Assembly: GCF_000018785.1 (NCBI RefSeq)
Contig: NC_010163.1
Coordinates: 240,001-272,000, forward strand
Source: Acholeplasma laidlawii PG-8A
GTDB taxonomy: Bacteria; Bacillota_I; Bacilli_A; Acholeplasmatales; Acholeplasmataceae
Direction: 5' to 3'
DNA: 32,000 bases
Shown here: positions 29,001-32,000 of the stretch, piece by piece
How positions within the stretch are numbered: position 1 is the first letter of the stretch
Layout: each line of letters opens with the position of its first letter
Translations under genes and position numbers: made by a program
Notes under the pieces: model-generated
What the model was told of the DNA's origin: nothing
Database searches by the model: none
What the model saw: only the letters and a program-made list of their open reading frames with translations

Positions 29001-29995
29001 ACCGTGTAGCGAGTGGTTCTACAGCATCTATTGAAGATCAATTAGCACTACTACATGATTCAAACTTTGCAAAACAAAATCCATCATATGTAGTTCAAGA
29101 TAAGGGCGGTGCACTTATCTTAAATCCAGGGATACCTGAGGTTAGACAGTATTTATATAATATCGTCGATGAGATAATGGAAAACTATGCAATAGATGGT
29201 GTTCATTTTGATGATTACTTCTATAGTTATAGTGGAACAGAAGACAGTCAGGATGCAGATGCATTTCTAAATTACAATCCAAATAATTTATCACGTGATG
29301 ACTGGCGCCGTGAAAATGTTAACATGTTTGTGAAAACTATTTATGAACGTGTTGAAGCACATAATGAAGCAAATGATATGCATGTGAAGTTTGGTATTTC
29401 TCCATTTGGAATTTGGAGAAATAAAACTCAAGATGCTCTTGGTTCTAACTCGCAAGGTCTATCTAGCTATTCAGCTCAATATGCAGATTCTAGAAAATGG
29501 GTTAAAGAAGGCTGGTTACACTATATTATTCCTCAACTATACTGGCAATTTGATCACTCAACAGCACGTTTTGCAGATTTAGTGGACTGGTGGGTTGACG
29601 TGGTTAAAGATACCAATGTGGACTTAATTATTGGACAAGGTTTCTATAGATATGCAGAAAACTCCAATAATTGGACAAATGAATCTGAGTTCTTAGAACA
29701 ATTAAGATATATGTCACAATATGATGAAATCATTGGTAGTTCTATTTTCTCTTATAAAACGCTAAATTCTAATCATGCACTAGTTAGTGCAGCACTTGCT
29801 AGATTAGAAGGGCATTATTGGACTAAAAATGTAGAACATACATGGGAAACACATATGAATGATGAAGACCCGACACCAGAACCTACACCAGATACACCAG
29901 CAAACTTTGATATTGTTATATTTATATCAACAGTTTCATCATTTGTAGTATTATTGGGTGTTGTTATATTCATTGTTGTAAAGAAGAAGAAATAA
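26009..29995 (+). CDS. Large secreted, membrane-anchored protein with two GHL10-type catalytic domains flanking beta-sandwich repeats
   Basis: ORF 1328 aa; signal peptide MKKVILLLLTLVLTLTLIPTNEAHA; HFDDYFYMEM and HFDDYFYSYS in two separate GHL10-like domains; C-terminal TM followed by KKKK; TAATG overlaps on both sides. Confidence 0.88.
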   Translation: MKKVILLLLTLVLTLTLIPTNEAHAYPEPEVLTSPGEFRATWITHFIGSMPAYSTEQDFKSEVNSILNNMEANNLNVAIVHFRTHNNALYKSEINPVASWFATVDFDVFDPMAYFIEEAHKRGIEFHAWLNPYRVLSTYQRGTIPASNPQSNPANLLSNKEGTAHILNPALPVVREHVVNTILEIIENYNVDAIHFDDYFYMEMNNGGILNDPDQALFLSNPLGQPNTVAGKSNWRRTQINTFIEQASQAIKDFNQANNRYVQFGISPTGIYRNGDGEVTYDQDGKPITNGSKTQGQEHYASYLFADTVHWISEGWLDYILPQSYWASTHSLAGFDKVMGWWDKVVRYLDVNLYSGIGLYLADAGIASNVYSWRDNPEEFSNQMEFLHSLESNQGFSIYSYNMIRDAGLNFNRPSQANLFNARDDHFQTKTVLPPLKSMTPVHLPAVSNVIHNPANGLLTFDAQSDAKFYYIYKSSNPLNYVDAEIIDVIPNDGQTTITWNSNDTSTTNNYGVRSISYTNHLSPAFESSIDAPSHEFTGTFDGVRFTSQVELELSSAYDIFYSLDGNTWESYTTPIRIITNGLNTIYYKAVDNLDNESFVKVLNFYTEIKNEVLPTIAINGTPSGTSYLVGTKIEITSPEHNIWVKINHGSPGTWVPYEGPITLTSTGNYAVFAKTIDDGGIESAEIQQNLRIVSSYTTPTLEIAGDGVDPNYDWLEITINFDQNAPEPRYRMNGGAWIQYVEPILFEQVGHYTMEYRNGPLEPIYSKTFNIVEGPGEVTVDIEGNLVEGTYIGPVTVTLTPNQSTDKIEYRLYNGQNWTAWSNYTSPIEIATTANHRVAYRVTSQSGIVSDDVEIRVPVSIPITEDNPFVIRNGQNVYYYQTNTPVALPTTYTEKDKEIRAVWVATVANIDITQYDNEANYKNQIISILERMKELKFNTMFFQTRPMNDSFYPSEYAPMSRFLSGTEGVGVGWDVLEFLITEAHARGIEVHAWMNPYRVASGSTASIEDQLALLHDSNFAKQNPSYVVQDKGGALILNPGIPEVRQYLYNIVDEIMENYAIDGVHFDDYFYSYSGTEDSQDADAFLNYNPNNLSRDDWRRENVNMFVKTIYERVEAHNEANDMHVKFGISPFGIWRNKTQDALGSNSQGLSSYSAQYADSRKWVKEGWLHYIIPQLYWQFDHSTARFADLVDWWVDVVKDTNVDLIIGQGFYRYAENSNNWTNESEFLEQLRYMSQYDEIIGSSIFSYKTLNSNHALVSAALARLEGHYWTKNVEHTWETHMNDEDPTPEPTPDTPANFDIVIFISTVSSFVVLLGVVIFIVVKKKK
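27640..28610 (+). repeat. Protein-level tandem repeats (about four) between the two GHL10 domains, chitobiase-C-terminal/OmpL47-like
   Basis: Recurring pattern: IFYSLDGNTWESYTTPIRIITNGLNTIYYKAVD; IWVKINHGSPGTWVPYEGPITLTSTGNYAVFAKTID; PRYRMNGGAWIQYVEPILFEQVGHYTMEYR; IEYRLYNGQNWTAWSNYTSPIEIATTANHRVAYRV. Confidence 0.65.
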
Positions 29996-31038
29996 TGGAT
30001 AGAATTAAATCGTTTTTACAAAAAGGTGTGGATGAAGCGCGTTTTCCTGGCGCACATTATGCACTAATTACAAAAGATAATTTGATCACTGATTTTGTTG
30101 GGTATAAACAACTATACCCAACAAAAGAAGTGCTAAGTGGCGATGAAATATATGACGTTGCATCTCTTACAAAAGTCATATCAACAACAACGCTTATATT
30201 AAAGTTGGTGGATGATAACTTACTTTCTTTAGATACGAGGTTGCAATCAATCTTGGGTAGGTACAAACATCCACATACAACCATAAAAGAATTGCTCATT
30301 CACGCTTCAGGGTTACCTGCTGATGTACCAAAAATTAGAACGGTAAAATCTAAAGAAGCAGTAATGGATATTATTTTTAGTATGGATCTAATTTATGAAC
30401 CAAATACTAAAGTTGTATACTCTGATGTTGGTTTTATCTTACTTGGAAAAGTGATAGAAAAAATGTATGGCATGCCAATTGATGAAGCTGCCCAAAAATA
30501 TATCTTTAATCCTTTAGGTATGTTTGATTCAGGGTATAGACCCGAAGTAGATAGAGTAGCACCAACAGAAGATCATGACGATGATTTTTCAAAAGGACTA
30601 CTTAAAGGTAAAGTGCATGATGAAAAATCCTATTTATTAGAGGGGTTAGCGGGTCATGCAGGTTTATTTTCTACGGTGTATGACATTGGTTTATTTATTC
30701 AAAGTATATTAAATGATAAATTTGTGTTAAGTAAGGATATGACAGATAGACTATTCTTACCTCAAATTACCGATGACTCCTTAGGTTATAAGGTAACTAG
30801 AACACTTGGTTACTTAAAGCCGTATGAAGATAGTTTTGCAGGATCAAAAAGTGATTTTGATAACACAATCGGGCACACTGGTTTTACTGGGTGTCATATG
30901 TTTATTGATAAGAAAAATGACATTGGATTTGTATTATTATCTAATGCTGTTCATCCAAAACGTAGTTTAAATAGAATTATCGGTTTAAGAAATGAATTAG
31001 GCAATATAATTTATGAGATGAAAGTAGAGAAAAAATGA
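29995..31038 (+). CDS. Beta-lactamase-fold serine hydrolase (class C/AmiE/EstB-like)
   Basis: ORF 347 aa; SxxK motif ASLTK, YSDVGFILLGKVIEKMYG, LLIHASGLPAD, GHTGFTG; no obvious signal peptide; TAATG overlap with the upstream gene. Confidence 0.85.
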   Translation: MDRIKSFLQKGVDEARFPGAHYALITKDNLITDFVGYKQLYPTKEVLSGDEIYDVASLTKVISTTTLILKLVDDNLLSLDTRLQSILGRYKHPHTTIKELLIHASGLPADVPKIRTVKSKEAVMDIIFSMDLIYEPNTKVVYSDVGFILLGKVIEKMYGMPIDEAAQKYIFNPLGMFDSGYRPEVDRVAPTEDHDDDFSKGLLKGKVHDEKSYLLEGLAGHAGLFSTVYDIGLFIQSILNDKFVLSKDMTDRLFLPQITDDSLGYKVTRTLGYLKPYEDSFAGSKSDFDNTIGHTGFTGCHMFIDKKNDIGFVLLSNAVHPKRSLNRIIGLRNELGNIIYEMKVEKK

Positions 31039-32000
31039 AGAAAATATTTGCAATATTTAGTTTAGTATTGGTTAGTTTGATTACAGCATGTACTGCAATA
31101 GAAAAACCTGATGAAATTACATTAAGTTTAAGTAGTGGTCCAATCCAATTAGAAGTTGGTAAGACTCATCAGTTATCTATTACTACAAATGATACTTTAG
31201 GTTATGATATTAGTTCATCTAATCATGAAGTAGTAACCGTATCAAATACAGGGTTAGTTACTGCCTTAAAAGAAGGTACTTCAGTAGTTACTGTAACATC
31301 TAAGACTAATGAAGAAGTATCTAAAAGTGTCAACATCCATGTAACTAAAACATATAACTTAGTGATTGAAGAGCCATCCACATATTTATGGGCTGGACAA
31401 ACACTTCAATTAAGTTTTGAAACATCTGGTGAGGAAGTTACATTTAAATCAGACAATGAAGCTGTTGCAACAGTGGATAATAACGGTTTAGTTACGGCAG
31501 TAAGTCCAGGTAACTTTAAAATTACAATGACATTAGCATCAGATATTTCTGTTAAAGCAGAAATTAGTTTAGTAGTGTATGATGAAACATCAACCATTTT
31601 ACTAGAAGGTGACTCTAAGTTAAATGTGGGTCAAACAACAAAGTTAAGTGCCATTTTAGGTCCTGAAACTGCAGCACCTGCTTTAGCATGGTCATCTAGT
31701 GATGAGTTCGTTGCTACAGTAGATGATGAAGGTACAATCACCGCACATAAATCTGGTGCTGTTACAATTACAGCAACTTCATTAACCTCTACAGAGGTGA
31801 GTGCAACGCATTCGATTCTAATTGTTAATGAACTAGTAGTCGATGGTGAAGCAAAAACTGGTGATAAAGTCGTCGTTGAGGATTTAGAATTTGAGTTTGG
31901 AACGACTTTATTTAATACTTTAGAAGCAGCACTTGATACTGCAACTGATGGCGCGCATATTTATTTAAAAAATCTTGAACTTTTAACACTTACTATACTA
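31035..32000 (+). CDS. Lipoprotein with bacterial Ig-like (Big2-type) repeats, truncated by the window end
   Basis: Not in the ORF track because it has no stop in the window. Open frame from ATG 31035: MKKIFAIFSLVLVSLITACTAIEKPDEI (lipobox LITAC); repeats such as SSSNHEVVTVSNTGLVTALKEGTSVVTVTS, KSDNEAVATVDNNGLVTAVSPGNFKITMT and WSSSDEFVATVDDEGTITAHKSGAVTITATS. Confidence 0.85.
   Translation, partial: MKKIFAIFSLVLVSLITACTAIEKPDEITLSLSSGPIQLEVGKTHQLSITTNDTLGYDISSSNHEVVTVSNTGLVTALKEGTSVVTVTSKTNEEVSKSVNIHVTKTYNLVIEEPSTYLWAGQTLQLSFETSGEEVTFKSDNEAVATVDNNGLVTAVSPGNFKITMTLASDISVKAEISLVVYDETSTILLEGDSKLNVGQTTKLSAILGPETAAPALAWSSSDEFVATVDDEGTITAHKSGAVTITATSLTSTEVSATHSILIVNELVVDGEAKTGDKVVVEDLEFEFGTTLFNTLEAALDTATDGAHIYLKNLELLTLTIL

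Noticed and set aside
26009-29995. Possible DNA-level recent duplication of the GHL10 domain
   Set aside because: The two domains match only at protein motif level with many substitutions; no long identical DNA stretches seen, so the duplication is old or the copies have separate origins
1-32000. CRISPR array, transposase, integrase, toxin-antitoxin, restriction or retron system
   Set aside because: No regularly spaced direct repeats and no diagnostic protein motifs of these systems were seen on either strand

Overview
Low-GC chromosomal window, most likely from a wall-less Acholeplasma-like mollicute. This is an inference from the AT-rich composition, Firmicutes/Mollicutes-type gene order, and TGA used as a true stop in overlapping gene pairs. 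The left half is mainly housekeeping: MnmM/MnmL-like tRNA-modification pair, DUF1189 protein, PolC, Bax-inhibitor-1-like protein, a T-box(Phe)-pheS-pheT unit, rlmN-rsgA-rpe-thiN, rpmB, fakA and tRNA-Leu(GAG). A DUF2130-family gene next to the tRNA appears frameshifted. The right half is the accessory part: a lipoprotein plus phosphodiester-glycosidase (NAGPA-like) pair, then an RpiR/MurR-type regulator facing a tightly coupled operon. That operon encodes an anmK-like kinase, a GH4-family protein, a cytoplasmic GHL10-type glycosidase, a 1328-aa membrane-anchored protein with two GHL10 domains, a beta-lactamase-fold (possibly AmiE-like) serine hydrolase, and a Big2-type lipoprotein that runs off the window. 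The most interesting hypothesis is a locus for scavenging peptidoglycan or another glycan in an organism without a wall. Its GH4 member seems to lack both canonical metal-ligand residues (Cys to Ser at 172, His to Glu at 202). No CRISPR, transposase, phage or defence system was supported.
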